Origin: an uncultured Gemmatimonadales bacterium
GTDB taxonomy: Bacteria; Gemmatimonadota; Gemmatimonadetes; Gemmatimonadales; Gemmatimonadaceae
NCBI GenBank assembly: GCA_963707505.1
Contig: CAVPQB010000001.1
Location: 64,001-128,000 of the forward strand
Direction of reading: 5' to 3'
DNA: 64,000 nt
The notes below the pieces were generated by a model that worked only from the letters and a program-made list of their open reading frames with translations, had not been told where the DNA came from and did not search any database. How positions within the stretch are numbered: position 1 is the first letter of the stretch; the number at the start of each line of letters is the position of its first letter. The position numbers were made by a program, and so were the translations under genes. Positions 29,001-36,659 of this stretch are shown here, in pieces.

Positions 29001-31375
29001 ATCCAGCGGTGCTTGCGGCGCGTGTAGGCCAGGTAGCGTGTTGGATAATCGTCGTAAAGCTCGATGTCGGTTACGAGACCGGCGCGCGTATACGTACCTT
29101 CGATGAGATCGTGGCTCAACAACGTGTTCTCGGGAAACCGACCACGCGTCGCTTCCTCGAACGCGTTGACGTCGTAGATCCCCTTGCCGGTAAAGCTTCC
29201 CTCGCCGTACAGATCCTGATACACGTCCGACACCGCAGTCGTGTATGGATCGACACCGGGATGGCCTGAGTGAATCGCGGCGAACTTGGAGCGATACGCG
29301 CTCGTGAGCGCAACACCAACGCGTGGCTGGAGAATTCCATACCCGCGTGTTACGCGCCCGAGTGTTTCATCGTACTCGGCGCGATTCAGCGGATGCGCCA
29401 TGGTTCCGACCAGCTGCGCAGCTGCACCGCGCGGAAGCACGGTGTCGGAGTCGAGAGTGATGACGTAGCGCACATCTACGAGCCACGATGGATCGCCGGC
29501 GATCACGGGGAACGCGTCAGTGGATCCGCCGCGCAGAAAGCGATTGAACTCCGCGAGCTTGCCGCGCTTGCGCTCCCATCCCATCCACACGCCTTCGGTC
29601 TCGTTCCACCTGCGCGCGCGATGGAAGACCAGAAATGGCCCGGCATCGCTCGCCGCCTTGTACTTGTCGTTCAGGCTTCTGACGCCGCTCTCGATCGCTT
29701 CGACGACGTGCGCGTCACCGGCAAGCGTCTCGGTTTTGGCATCGGTGAAGTCACTGAGAACGACAAAATGGAGATTCGGATCCGGGTTCGCGAGATACTG
29801 CACCTCGAGATGCTCCAGAGCCTCGCGCACCGACGCAACAGTTGCAAATAATGTTGGAACGACAACGGCTGTTCGCGCCTGCGCGGGAATACCCTCGTCG
29901 CGAAAATCCATCTTCGGAAGCAGGTGCGGCGGCACGATGACCGTCACCAACTTGTTCACGACCGCAACACCAACCTCGCTCGCGGGAATCGCAAGCAACA
30001 ACACCAGCAGCAGCGCGTAGCCGGTCGTCGTGATTGGCGCGATCTCCAGAATCAGGACGAACACCAGCAGTGTCACCGCCGATATCACGCCGAAGTACAC
30101 CACGCTCGGGTGACGCTTGGCCCATCTATATACGCGCTCGCTGACGGTCGGGGCGTATTGGGTGCGCTCCTCGAGCGTGAGCCTTCCATCGCCAATCAGC
30201 CAGTGGCCCACGTGCGACATGCGCGCATCGCCGGGATACTCGCGCGCGAGGGCGAGCACCTCGTTGGCGATCGAATCCTCGTCGCGTTTGGTACGTTTGG
30301 CGATCTGCTCGACCGCATGGCGGTACTCGTCGCGCGACGCGAACGTCATGTCGGCATAGACGTGAGCCGGATCGTCGCGCAGCAGTCGTTCCGTCACGCT
30401 CTGGGACTCGACGAACTCGTTCCAGTCCAGACGCGCGATCATGCGCAGGCTCTGGATGCTGTTCGTGATGGTGACCTGCGTTATCGCGATACGACGATTC
30501 GAGCGTGTGACCGCGTCTTCCGCGCTGAGCCCGTCTTCCGCGATCCACTGCTCCAGCCACACGAGAGGCGTGAAGTTCGTCTGGTAGCTGCGTATCTGTC
30601 CCAGAAAGCGCGCGACGAACGTCGGCGTCAGCTGCGGATGGTTATCTATGAATGTCGACAGCGCGAGTGACAATGCATCCGATGACTCGGCGCTCGCAGT
30701 CCGCATGCGTGTCGCCCACATATCGGCTTCCTGCACCTCCGCCAATCGCGCCGCCGTGCGCAGTGCCATCCGGCGGATGTTCTCGACCAGGCCGAGTCGC
30801 AGCATCGTCGGGATCGCCCACAGCTCACCCAGCCTGAGCTGTGACACACGCTGAAACTCACGTGTGAACAACGTGATGTTGTCGAGATCCAGTCTGCCTT
30901 CGGTGTGACCGATGAGCTCGATCGCCAGCTCGTACACACGTGGGTACCCTGCCAGTGTGCCGCTCGCGAGCTTGGGCAGCTCCTGATAGTACTTGTGCGG
31001 GAGCGCGGTGCGTACCTCACGCATGTGCTCCTGTACGATGTAGTAGTTGTCCAGCAACCACTCACCAGCCGACGAGATGTCGATCCCATGCGCAGCAGCA
31101 TCACTCAGTGCGTGCTGTATCTCCGTCAGTACTGTCCTGGTGTCGTCGAGTCTGCGAAGCAACGGGCCTGGGCCGCGTCGCAAGGGCGGCGGTCCGATCT
31201 TTTCCTGCCGCGCAACCGCACGCGCGCGCTCTGCGAGCCGGTCGACGCCGAGCACCTCACCTCGGATAGGAGCTACGAGATGGGCTGCGCCAGCGCCATC
31301 ATCGTCAGTCCCGGTCCAGGCGAGGAAGCGCTTGAGGACGTTTTTTTCGGTTTTGGGGGGAGTAGCAGTGGCCAC
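23012..31375 (-). CDS. Cyclic beta-1,2-glucan synthase-like protein (Cgs/NdvB/ChvB architecture, ~2787 aa)
   Basis: GT region WMGWERKRGKL, ITLDSDT, LLSHDLIEG, RKHRWIRGDWQ; central PDNFQE, TSPTNIG, STVDSGN, SWSGSMFEYLMP, WGVSES; GH94 region QSSGAYGFRDQLQD, GSGDWNDG, ENGAQYTH, WTWYTGSA. Start set at GTG 31375. Confidence 0.93.
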   Translation of the reverse strand: MATATPPKTEKNVLKRFLAWTGTDDDGAGAAHLVAPIRGEVLGVDRLAERARAVARQEKIGPPPLRRGPGPLLRRLDDTRTVLTEIQHALSDAAAHGIDISSAGEWLLDNYYIVQEHMREVRTALPHKYYQELPKLASGTLAGYPRVYELAIELIGHTEGRLDLDNITLFTREFQRVSQLRLGELWAIPTMLRLGLVENIRRMALRTAARLAEVQEADMWATRMRTASAESSDALSLALSTFIDNHPQLTPTFVARFLGQIRSYQTNFTPLVWLEQWIAEDGLSAEDAVTRSNRRIAITQVTITNSIQSLRMIARLDWNEFVESQSVTERLLRDDPAHVYADMTFASRDEYRHAVEQIAKRTKRDEDSIANEVLALAREYPGDARMSHVGHWLIGDGRLTLEERTQYAPTVSERVYRWAKRHPSVVYFGVISAVTLLVFVLILEIAPITTTGYALLLVLLLAIPASEVGVAVVNKLVTVIVPPHLLPKMDFRDEGIPAQARTAVVVPTLFATVASVREALEHLEVQYLANPDPNLHFVVLSDFTDAKTETLAGDAHVVEAIESGVRSLNDKYKAASDAGPFLVFHRARRWNETEGVWMGWERKRGKLAEFNRFLRGGSTDAFPVIAGDPSWLVDVRYVITLDSDTVLPRGAAAQLVGTMAHPLNRAEYDETLGRVTRGYGILQPRVGVALTSAYRSKFAAIHSGHPGVDPYTTAVSDVYQDLYGEGSFTGKGIYDVNAFEEATRGRFPENTLLSHDLIEGTYTRAGLVTDIELYDDYPTRYLAYTRRKHRWIRGDWQILSWLGATVPGPDGLEPNRLSTLSRWKIFDNLRRSLVEIALLVLLLVGWFVLPGSPMLWTVVVLAFIAFPWLFAAVLEILQPPTDQSLQAYYGAVARDIMANAEQFGLAVTFLPHQAWVSADAIVRTVVRLYVTHRHMLEWQTASQVERAMRSGPDREVYRRMWPAVVIGLLAGIAAMVSVYYTGDSIGLRVLAVVATIPLAILWIVSPSIASALSAPAIPGEVKLGEAERARAERYARLHWEFFNHFVTDKTSWLAPDNFQEDPEPEVALRTSPTNIGLQLLATVSAADLGFITRQDMIERLERMFQSLEKMHRYRGHFFNWYDLTTLQVLEPAYISTVDSGNLAGHLIALKQACIQIIHSLQPRTIEMEISGHSLAGGIVAARSGERMQGTVAPGEDVGDECARLRAIADRAFAYASEMDFTFLYDERRKLFSIGYHTSASSFDNSFYDLLASEARLASFIAIAKGDIPVEHWFHLGRSLTSDRGIRALASWSGSMFEYLMPVLVTQSYPFTLLDQTYHGAVRRQILYGAERKTPWGVSESAYNVRDRNQVYQYRGFGVPDLALKRGLNKDLVVAPYATVLAMLIQPHQAIRNLAVLESEGALGPYGFRDAIDYTRPDPGSTRAVVGTYMAHHIGMSLVALTNALQRQVWQRRFHADPLVRSNDLVLQERIPRRLVVQRTGNEDEPVPMTPVETVKPAVREMDTPYTAQPRIALLGNVPYTTLITNAGGGYSRYGDIVVTRWRRDTTRDNHGEWIYIKDMTSGRVWSAAHQPVAVDADAYHVSFASDRVEFHRRDGDVDTMMEVVVSSDDAAEVRRVTITNRSAVTREFELTSYSEIVLQSLDTDRQHPAFGNLFVQTEWVGEHSAIIATRRARASDEKVYWGAHVVATGPERVGSVSYETDRAKFIGRGKSVRHPDAMEDAGSLSNSAGAPLDPIFSLRVRIRVAPGKSVPVSFTTLVAETRERAVELSDLYDDPFSARRALDLSWAQAQAELRDLGIAPSDAAVYQQFAGYLIYPHPQLRPTGTELRDNTRGQQSLWPLGISGDNPILLATIDAPEGMPSIRQLLQAHHYWRLKGLKSDLVILNERPPSYLQELNDTLTSTVMASSEAALIDRSGGVFIRRTDVLKPEDVALIRAMARVHVACDGLGLGSLLEFPDDRKEYAGRPDAPVPPRYARRTVDRKASLAPSDSPATNGFGFFNDAGEYELRLYGTELPPAPWANVVANPAAGFVITESGSSCTWAESSFFYRITPWHNDPVRDPCSDCIYLRDDETGDVWTATPAPIREMTEYVVKHGAGYSIFDHQHADIHTSVKIAMATDDPVKVSVLRITNNGRSPKRITVTSYVEWVLGVSRDLTQQHVYTSYDTDTASIFGQNFFDQEYADLVAFLAMSGDVTSYTADRREFIGRNGTPARPAALSKAALGESVGEVVDPCGALQTSVTVHPGETAEVIVLLGAVSAMDEARTLIRRYKTVESSVAEVDRAGKAWQDRLATIKVRTPDESFDRIENGWLLYQALSCRMWGRTALYQSSGAYGFRDQLQDCMAFLYTDVPVARAHILRAASRQFVEGDVQHWWHPKSGRGVRTRFSDDLVWLPFVVAHYTEVTGDNSILDEQARFITMRQLAPDEHELYDKPEISDESATIYEHCVRALRKACTFGQHDLPLIGSGDWNDGFSRVGIDGKGVSVWLAWFLIATLKRIAEISASRGDTATHDDFLGIAERYRNGIETNAWDGDWYIRAYYDDGYPLGSSKSEEARIDSIAQSWSVLSGAGHPQRAQSAMVSVDQHLVRNDARLVMLLTPPFDKTSHDPGYIKGYLPGVRENGAQYTHAATWVIWAQVMNGNGAHAFDLFQMLNPLTHSDTREAVERYKVEPYVVVADIYTADQHLGRGGWTWYTGSASWYYRTGLEGILGFTKRGDRLTMNPCIPPTWDGFTIEYIYKSATYTIEVRNPAHVQRGVKDVTLDGATVADGAVQLRDDGARHTVIVNMG

Positions 31376-31469
31376 GTAGCGAAAGTTAAAGGCGCCGCCG
31401 AAGCGGTGCCCCGAATCTGCATGACATACCAGCCGGTGCGCGACGTCATGCAAGCGGGGACGTACCTAA

Positions 31470-31778
31470 CTATTGCACGTAGTACGCCTTTATCGCAGAT
31501 GAGATTACAACTTCACGAATGTGGCCCGGATCCGGACTATTCGCGAGCGCCCCTTCGTCCACGATCTCTTTCCACATGTGCTTCACCCAGATCACGAACT
31601 GCTCCGCGCTGATCCCGCTGTTGTGCGCCTCTGCCGCCGCGGAGGCTACCGCGCCGCGTACCTCGTCATGAGCGCCCTCCGAAGTCGAGCAATGAGTTCG
31701 TAGGGCCGCACGAAATCGTGTCGCCATGTCTTCGCTTAGCACGCGGAGAATATAATACGTATGTTTCCGAGAAGACAC
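31470..31778 (-). CDS. Small hypothetical helical protein
   Basis: Natural amphipathic composition (AEQFVIWVK..W, VISSAIKAYY); start may be 31727. Confidence 0.65.
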   Translation of the reverse strand: MSSRKHTYYILRVLSEDMATRFRAALRTHCSTSEGAHDEVRGAVASAAAEAHNSGISAEQFVIWVKHMWKEIVDEGALANSPDPGHIREVVISSAIKAYYVQ

Positions 31779-31832
31779 GGCAACTCGAAGGATGGCCGCA
31801 AATGGTCGATCGGACCGGATGAGCGTCCGTAG

Positions 31833-31862
31833 AGGAGCCGCAAGCTACAGGAGCCGCAAGCT
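31833..31862. repeat. 14-bp direct repeat AGGAGCCGCAAGCT x2
   Basis: 31833-31846 and 31849-31862, just 3' of the HD-GYP stop. Confidence 0.8.
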
Positions 31863-31870
31863 GCGACGCG

Positions 31871-33238
31871 TCATGCAGCGACCAGAGGAACCAGCTCGGT
31901 CATGTCCGCGACTGCGGTTCTGAAAGCTGCCAGGGCGTCGAGAACGGTCGGATCGAAAGCGGTCCCACGGCCCTCGTTCAGGATTCGGGACGATTCTATC
32001 CAGGGTAGGCTGGCCCGATATGGCCTGTCCGCCGTCAGGGCCTCATACACGTCGGCGACGCACAGGATTCTCGCTGTCATGTCGAGTCTGTTACCGCTCA
32101 GATGCCATGGATAGCCGCTGCCGTCCAACCGCTCGTGATGCAGAGCCGCCGACCAGGCGAAGTCACGGAAGGCAGGTACGCGGGACAGGATCTCCCAGGT
32201 AAAGAACGGATGCCGCTCCACGGATTTCCGCTCGGAATCGGTCAGTGGTCCGGCCTTGTCCAGGATGGAATTCGATACACCCAGCTTGCCAATGTCGTGA
32301 AGAAGGCCGGCGCGGTACACCCGGCGCTGAGTGGCCGAATCGAGCTTCATCTCGCGCGCGATTCCAAGCGCGTACGACGCTACGTTGCGCGAATGCGAGT
32401 AAGTGTAGGGCGACTTGGCGTCGATTATGTCGGCGAACGCGCGCGCTACGACATCCAGATCCTCCTCGCTCACCCAGCGCAGCTGCGACGCGGGCTCGGC
32501 GCCGATCACTTCGTCGGTCGGATCGGTACTGTCGAGCCGCTCCCACCAGCTGGATTCATGACGCCACGATGCGACACGATCCACCAGGGCCGGATCAAAC
32601 CAGGTCCCGCTCCGGCGCCGCGCGATCCCTATCGCGCCCCTGGAGCCATCATGCTGATGAAATACGTCGATCACCTGGGCAAGATTCGCGATTCGTGACA
32701 TCAGCGGAATCGCGGGTCCGGCAAGCCCATCGGGATGACCCTTGCCGTTCCAGTGCTCGTCGAGGTGTCGCACAGCGTCGGCGGTGGCCTGCGGAAATCC
32801 CAGCCGCATGGCGATGTCAGCGCCTCGCTCGCAGCGTAATCCCATGATCTCCTTCATCACGTCTTCGGCGCGGGCGACGCCCACGAAATATTTGAGCTTG
32901 TCCGAAAGGCCGCCTTCCATGGCGACCGTACGCGCAGTCTCCACAGCGAGAGCCACCCGGTTCTGGCGGTCGACATTTCTCATTCGAGGCTTGAGCTCGA
33001 GGTCGTCCGTCCCGAATAGCTGGCAGAGACGAGCAGCATTGTTGGAGCAGCCGGCGTCCTTGAGAAGGAGCGCATAATAGAGCGCGGCGCTGTCGGACGG
33101 GCTCATGCCCACCTCGCGGCTCAGGCGCATGCCTATCAGGCAGCTGCGCATCGTATGGCCGATGGGCTGGCCTTCCGTGAGATCCAGCGCGCACGAAAGC
33201 GCGGAAATCACCTCTGAAAGGTTGATACGCGCGGACAT
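31871..33238 (-). CDS. Tandem-domain HD-GYP phosphodiesterase
   Basis: Degenerate first domain (LLKDAG, EHWNGKGHP); intact second domain (HS, LHDIGK, HHERLDGSGYP, ADVYEALTADRPYR). Start at MSARINL. Confidence 0.92.
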   Translation of the reverse strand: MSARINLSEVISALSCALDLTEGQPIGHTMRSCLIGMRLSREVGMSPSDSAALYYALLLKDAGCSNNAARLCQLFGTDDLELKPRMRNVDRQNRVALAVETARTVAMEGGLSDKLKYFVGVARAEDVMKEIMGLRCERGADIAMRLGFPQATADAVRHLDEHWNGKGHPDGLAGPAIPLMSRIANLAQVIDVFHQHDGSRGAIGIARRRSGTWFDPALVDRVASWRHESSWWERLDSTDPTDEVIGAEPASQLRWVSEEDLDVVARAFADIIDAKSPYTYSHSRNVASYALGIAREMKLDSATQRRVYRAGLLHDIGKLGVSNSILDKAGPLTDSERKSVERHPFFTWEILSRVPAFRDFAWSAALHHERLDGSGYPWHLSGNRLDMTARILCVADVYEALTADRPYRASLPWIESSRILNEGRGTAFDPTVLDALAAFRTAVADMTELVPLVAA

Positions 33239-33301
33239 AGTGTCCGCAAGTCTCGGCAACCTCCGCCCGTTATTCACCGGCAGAAACTTCCTCCGGAGTC
33301 C

Positions 33302-33366
33302 GTCCCCACGTCCAGTCCCCACTCCGTCCCTACTCCGTCCCTACTCCGGCCCTACTCCGGCCCCCC
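33302..33366. repeat. 11-bp tandem repeat G(T/G)CCC(T/C)ACTCC, 4 copies plus degenerate flanks
   Basis: Units at 33315, 33326, 33337, 33348; partial units at 33302 and 33359. Confidence 0.88.
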
Positions 33367-33367
33367 T

Positions 33368-34081
33368 CTACGTCCCCGCGTACCACTCGTAGCCCTGATC
33401 GCTCCAGTATCCGCCGTTGCGCTGAGGCATGAACACTATCTTTGTGAGGTATTTCGTGTTCTTGTAGCCCAGCTTGACCGGCGAGAAGAGCCGCGCCGGC
33501 GCCCCGTGGCCGGGTTCGAGCATCCTGCCGTCCAGTCCATAGCAGATGAGAGTCTGCGGATGCATCGCGCTCTCGATGTCCCAACTCTCGTGATAGTCGT
33601 TGTCGAACGACTGAAAGTCGACGTACTTCGCGTCCGGTGTCGCGCCAGCTGCGCGCGCGAGATCGCTCATCCGAACTCCGGTCCACGTTTCTACCGCGGT
33701 CCATCCTTCGACGCAGTAATGATTCACGCGCTGCGTGATGCGCGGCAGACGTTGCAGCATGTCCATCGTCAATGTGAGCGGACGCGTCACGAGTCCTGAC
33801 ACTTCGAGCGTCCACTGTCCGCGGGCCGAAATGTCCCACACTGGAACTGTATCCGAAATGTAATATTTCGGTAACGACAGCCCCGCGTTACGCCATCGTG
33901 ACGCCGGTGCATCCATCGAAGTGTGACGGAAAAGCCCGCGCTCGAGCGTCTCGTTCTTTCGCATCGCATACTTCAATAGCCTGTCAGCGCCCTTCGGTCC
34001 GCGCGAGCCGCACGCAGCGAGAAGCCACGATGCGCTCAGTCCGCCACTCGCAAGAAGAAAGTCGCGCCTACGCATCGACAT
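33368..34081 (-). CDS. Molybdopterin-dependent oxidoreductase, sulfite-oxidase family (MsrP-like), Tat-exported
   Basis: RRRDFL twin-arginine motif plus LAAC; HYCVEGW..WTGV; HGAPARL..PVKLGYKNTK; GGYWSDQGYEW. Confidence 0.9.
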   Translation of the reverse strand: MSMRRRDFLLASGGLSASWLLAACGSRGPKGADRLLKYAMRKNETLERGLFRHTSMDAPASRWRNAGLSLPKYYISDTVPVWDISARGQWTLEVSGLVTRPLTLTMDMLQRLPRITQRVNHYCVEGWTAVETWTGVRMSDLARAAGATPDAKYVDFQSFDNDYHESWDIESAMHPQTLICYGLDGRMLEPGHGAPARLFSPVKLGYKNTKYLTKIVFMPQRNGGYWSDQGYEWYAGT

Positions 34082-34784
34082 CGTGCCTCGCGCGTGTGAA
34101 GATGTGATAGAACGGACGTGCATCACGCAACTCCGGCGCGCGATCGGGATTGTATTTCCCTGTCACTATCGAGCGTATCGAATACGGATCCACGGCGAAT
34201 ACCATGAATATGTGAATCGCTGAAAGAACGACGAGCGCGAGCATCACGAGAAAGTGCCAGTAACGCGCGTACACGTATCCACCCATCAGATTGGTGAGTG
34301 GAGCGAGCGAGACCGGCTTCCACACCGCTATGCCAGTTATCACCGCGAGCGCCGCGAGAATCGGGATCGCGAAATACGTGAATTTCTGTAGAGCGTTGTG
34401 CTTGCCCTGATGCGGATGCTTCTTGCGCACGAACGCGTAGAACTTCAGCATCTCCCACGAATCACGAACGTCACCACGACGCGGTACCAGATCGCGCCAC
34501 TCGCCATGCAGGTAGATGAAGATCACGTACGCGATGCCGTTCACTACGAACAGCCACATCATCGCGAAGTGCCAGTTGCGTGCGCCGGCGAGCCATCCGC
34601 CAAATGTCGCCCAGTGCGGTATGGCCTTCCCCGCGAAAGGATAACAACAGAACGCCATTCCGCGCCGCGCGAACATCGGATAGGCGTTGAAGATTTGCAA
34701 CCCACTTCCGATCATGATCACGAGCGCTACCGCATTCACCCAGTGCGTCACGCGGATGAACCAGTGGTGCCGATCGACAGCCAT
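34068..34784 (-). CDS. Cytochrome b/b6-domain membrane protein (partner of the Mo enzyme)
   Basis: RVTHWVN, RNWHF, HNALQK, RYWHF..IHIFM heme histidines; GGAGG SD; overlaps downstream gene. Confidence 0.9.
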   Translation of the reverse strand: MAVDRHHWFIRVTHWVNAVALVIMIGSGLQIFNAYPMFARRGMAFCCYPFAGKAIPHWATFGGWLAGARNWHFAMMWLFVVNGIAYVIFIYLHGEWRDLVPRRGDVRDSWEMLKFYAFVRKKHPHQGKHNALQKFTYFAIPILAALAVITGIAVWKPVSLAPLTNLMGGYVYARYWHFLVMLALVVLSAIHIFMVFAVDPYSIRSIVTGKYNPDRAPELRDARPFYHIFTRARHDVDA

Positions 34785-34919
34785 TTAGGGCCTCCCCCTT
34801 GGAGGTACAGCGCGGAAACGAACAGAATGTCTCCGGGGTCTAAGATATAGCCCCGGGTTTCCAATGGCGCAGTACGGCGCCCAATGCATATTGGATCTGT
34901 GGAGCGACCATATCGAACC

Positions 34920-36287
34920 ATGGCCGAGCATAGCGCCCAGTATCTGAAAGACACTCTGCCGACGCGCGTAATCTGCGCCGCGCTGCTCTGCGCCGCGCTG
35001 CTCGTCGCAACGACCTCGTGCATCACGCCGAAACCGCTCGTCATAACGGCCCGGCCGATGGTCGAAGCATCGCAACCGCATCCAGGCGACGCGCCGCACG
35101 CTGCCATCCGCTGGTACAATACGTTCTGGAAGGCACTCGCGGATATAAACGTCCAGGCCGCGTGGATTGTTGCCGACGGGAGCGAACAGCGAAAGCTCGC
35201 CGACGCCATCGAGGATTTCCTCGGCGGAGACAACGCCGCGGCGGACTCGACTGTCGTCCCGCTTCTGGCAGCGAAGGACAGCGTGGTCCGCAATGCCGCG
35301 CGAATAACCTACGGCGCGATCCTTACCGCCGAAGGCAACTGGACCCGGCTGGCGTTCTATGCCGACTCGGCCAAGAGCGAGTCGCGGGATGCCGCGGGTG
35401 TGGAGACCTGGGCGTCGGCGTTCAAGGGCGTCTCGACCAGCATATCGTTCGCGGATTCGATGTCCGTAGTGCCGCTCGGGCGCTCCCGCAGCGGTGTGCC
35501 GATCGTCCCCGTGGTCGTGAACGGTGTGAAGAGGCACTTCTGGCTGGATACGGGGTCGAGCATCACGATCCTGACGTCGGACATGGCGGATGCATCGCAC
35601 GTCACAGGCATCAACGGAGACACGCTGGAGCTGGTGACATCCGTCGGACGACTGCCAACGCGGGCGGCAGTTGTCAGCTCATTGAAGATCGGGCGTGTAA
35701 CCGTCACCAATGCGCGGGCGATGATAGTGAGCCCCGGTGCACTCCAGATGCGAGAAGTCGCCTCCGGCATGATGCCGCAAACCATCGATGGAGTGATCGG
35801 CTTCGACGTGATCCGGTCGCTCGATCTGACTATCGACGACGTCAACGACCGTGTCATTCTCCGCAAGCCATCGCTCCGCCCGCCTGCCAAGGGAGCGGAC
35901 AAGGGACGCAATCTCTCCTGGTATGGAGTGCCGATCGTGACACTGATCTCGGAAACCGGGGCGGCGGTCCATCTCGTGCTCGACACGGGCGCGGAGGAGA
36001 GCTTTGGCACGCCGGGGATGGCGACCAAGACCCACGCCGCGTGGAGGCCCGCCGAGCGTCGTACCGTACAGGGGTTCGGCGGGAGCAAGAGCGAATCAGG
36101 AATCGTGATCCCATCGGTGCGGCTCTACCTGGGTGACATTCCGCTCACATTCAAGCGAATCTTCCTTTATGAAGCGCAGTACCCGACCATTTTCACCCTG
36201 GACGGCACACTCGGCGCGGACGCAGGGCGCGGCGGCATCGTCCGGATCGACATGACCAACGGGCGGCTGGACATCGAGGGCAAGTGA
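34920..36287 (+). CDS. Two-domain retropepsin-like aspartyl protease, probable lipoprotein
   Basis: FWLDTGSS..DGVIGFD and LVLDTGAE..DGTLGAD; hydrophobic leader ending TTSC. Confidence 0.85.
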   Translation: MAEHSAQYLKDTLPTRVICAALLCAALLVATTSCITPKPLVITARPMVEASQPHPGDAPHAAIRWYNTFWKALADINVQAAWIVADGSEQRKLADAIEDFLGGDNAAADSTVVPLLAAKDSVVRNAARITYGAILTAEGNWTRLAFYADSAKSESRDAAGVETWASAFKGVSTSISFADSMSVVPLGRSRSGVPIVPVVVNGVKRHFWLDTGSSITILTSDMADASHVTGINGDTLELVTSVGRLPTRAAVVSSLKIGRVTVTNARAMIVSPGALQMREVASGMMPQTIDGVIGFDVIRSLDLTIDDVNDRVILRKPSLRPPAKGADKGRNLSWYGVPIVTLISETGAAVHLVLDTGAEESFGTPGMATKTHAAWRPAERRTVQGFGGSKSESGIVIPSVRLYLGDIPLTFKRIFLYEAQYPTIFTLDGTLGADAGRGGIVRIDMTNGRLDIEGK

Positions 36288-36353
36288 CCGAATGGGCGTT
36301 CCGGTGCGGGTTTGCGCTTGTTATCGCACTTCCAGACGCACTACATTTGACGA

Positions 36354-36569
36354 ATGCCCGCTGAAAACAATGAAAAACTGACCGGCCCACACAGTGGATG
36401 GTGGGGCGTCGGAACCGCCCTCACACTCACCGCTGCGACATGGGCGTTTCTATACTTCCTGCACCTCACGGTCTGGCACGACCCGATCAACCCGCTTTCT
36501 CCGAACGAGCGGTCGACGGTGATTCAACCCGCCGCCGCGCCGACAGCGCCAGCGAGTACGACGCACTAG
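36354..36569 (+). CDS. Small single-pass membrane protein (71 aa)
   Basis: One TM segment, then WHDPINP; TACATT 6 nt before ATG; fills an intergenic gap. Confidence 0.6.
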   Translation: MPAENNEKLTGPHSGWWGVGTALTLTAATWAFLYFLHLTVWHDPINPLSPNERSTVIQPAAAPTAPASTTH

Positions 36570-36591
36570 GCGCCGCGAAAGCGTACTAAAG

Positions 36592-36621
36592 TCGTCATTC
36601 CCGCTTTCGCGGGAATGACGA
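36592..36621. repeat. REP/dRS3-like palindrome
   Basis: TCGTCATTCCCGC-TTTC-GCGGGAATGACGA, 13-bp stem, between convergent genes. Confidence 0.9.
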
Positions 36622-36659
36622 GTCCGGGAAGTCTGGCCTTTGCATCCACGATATCCGAC

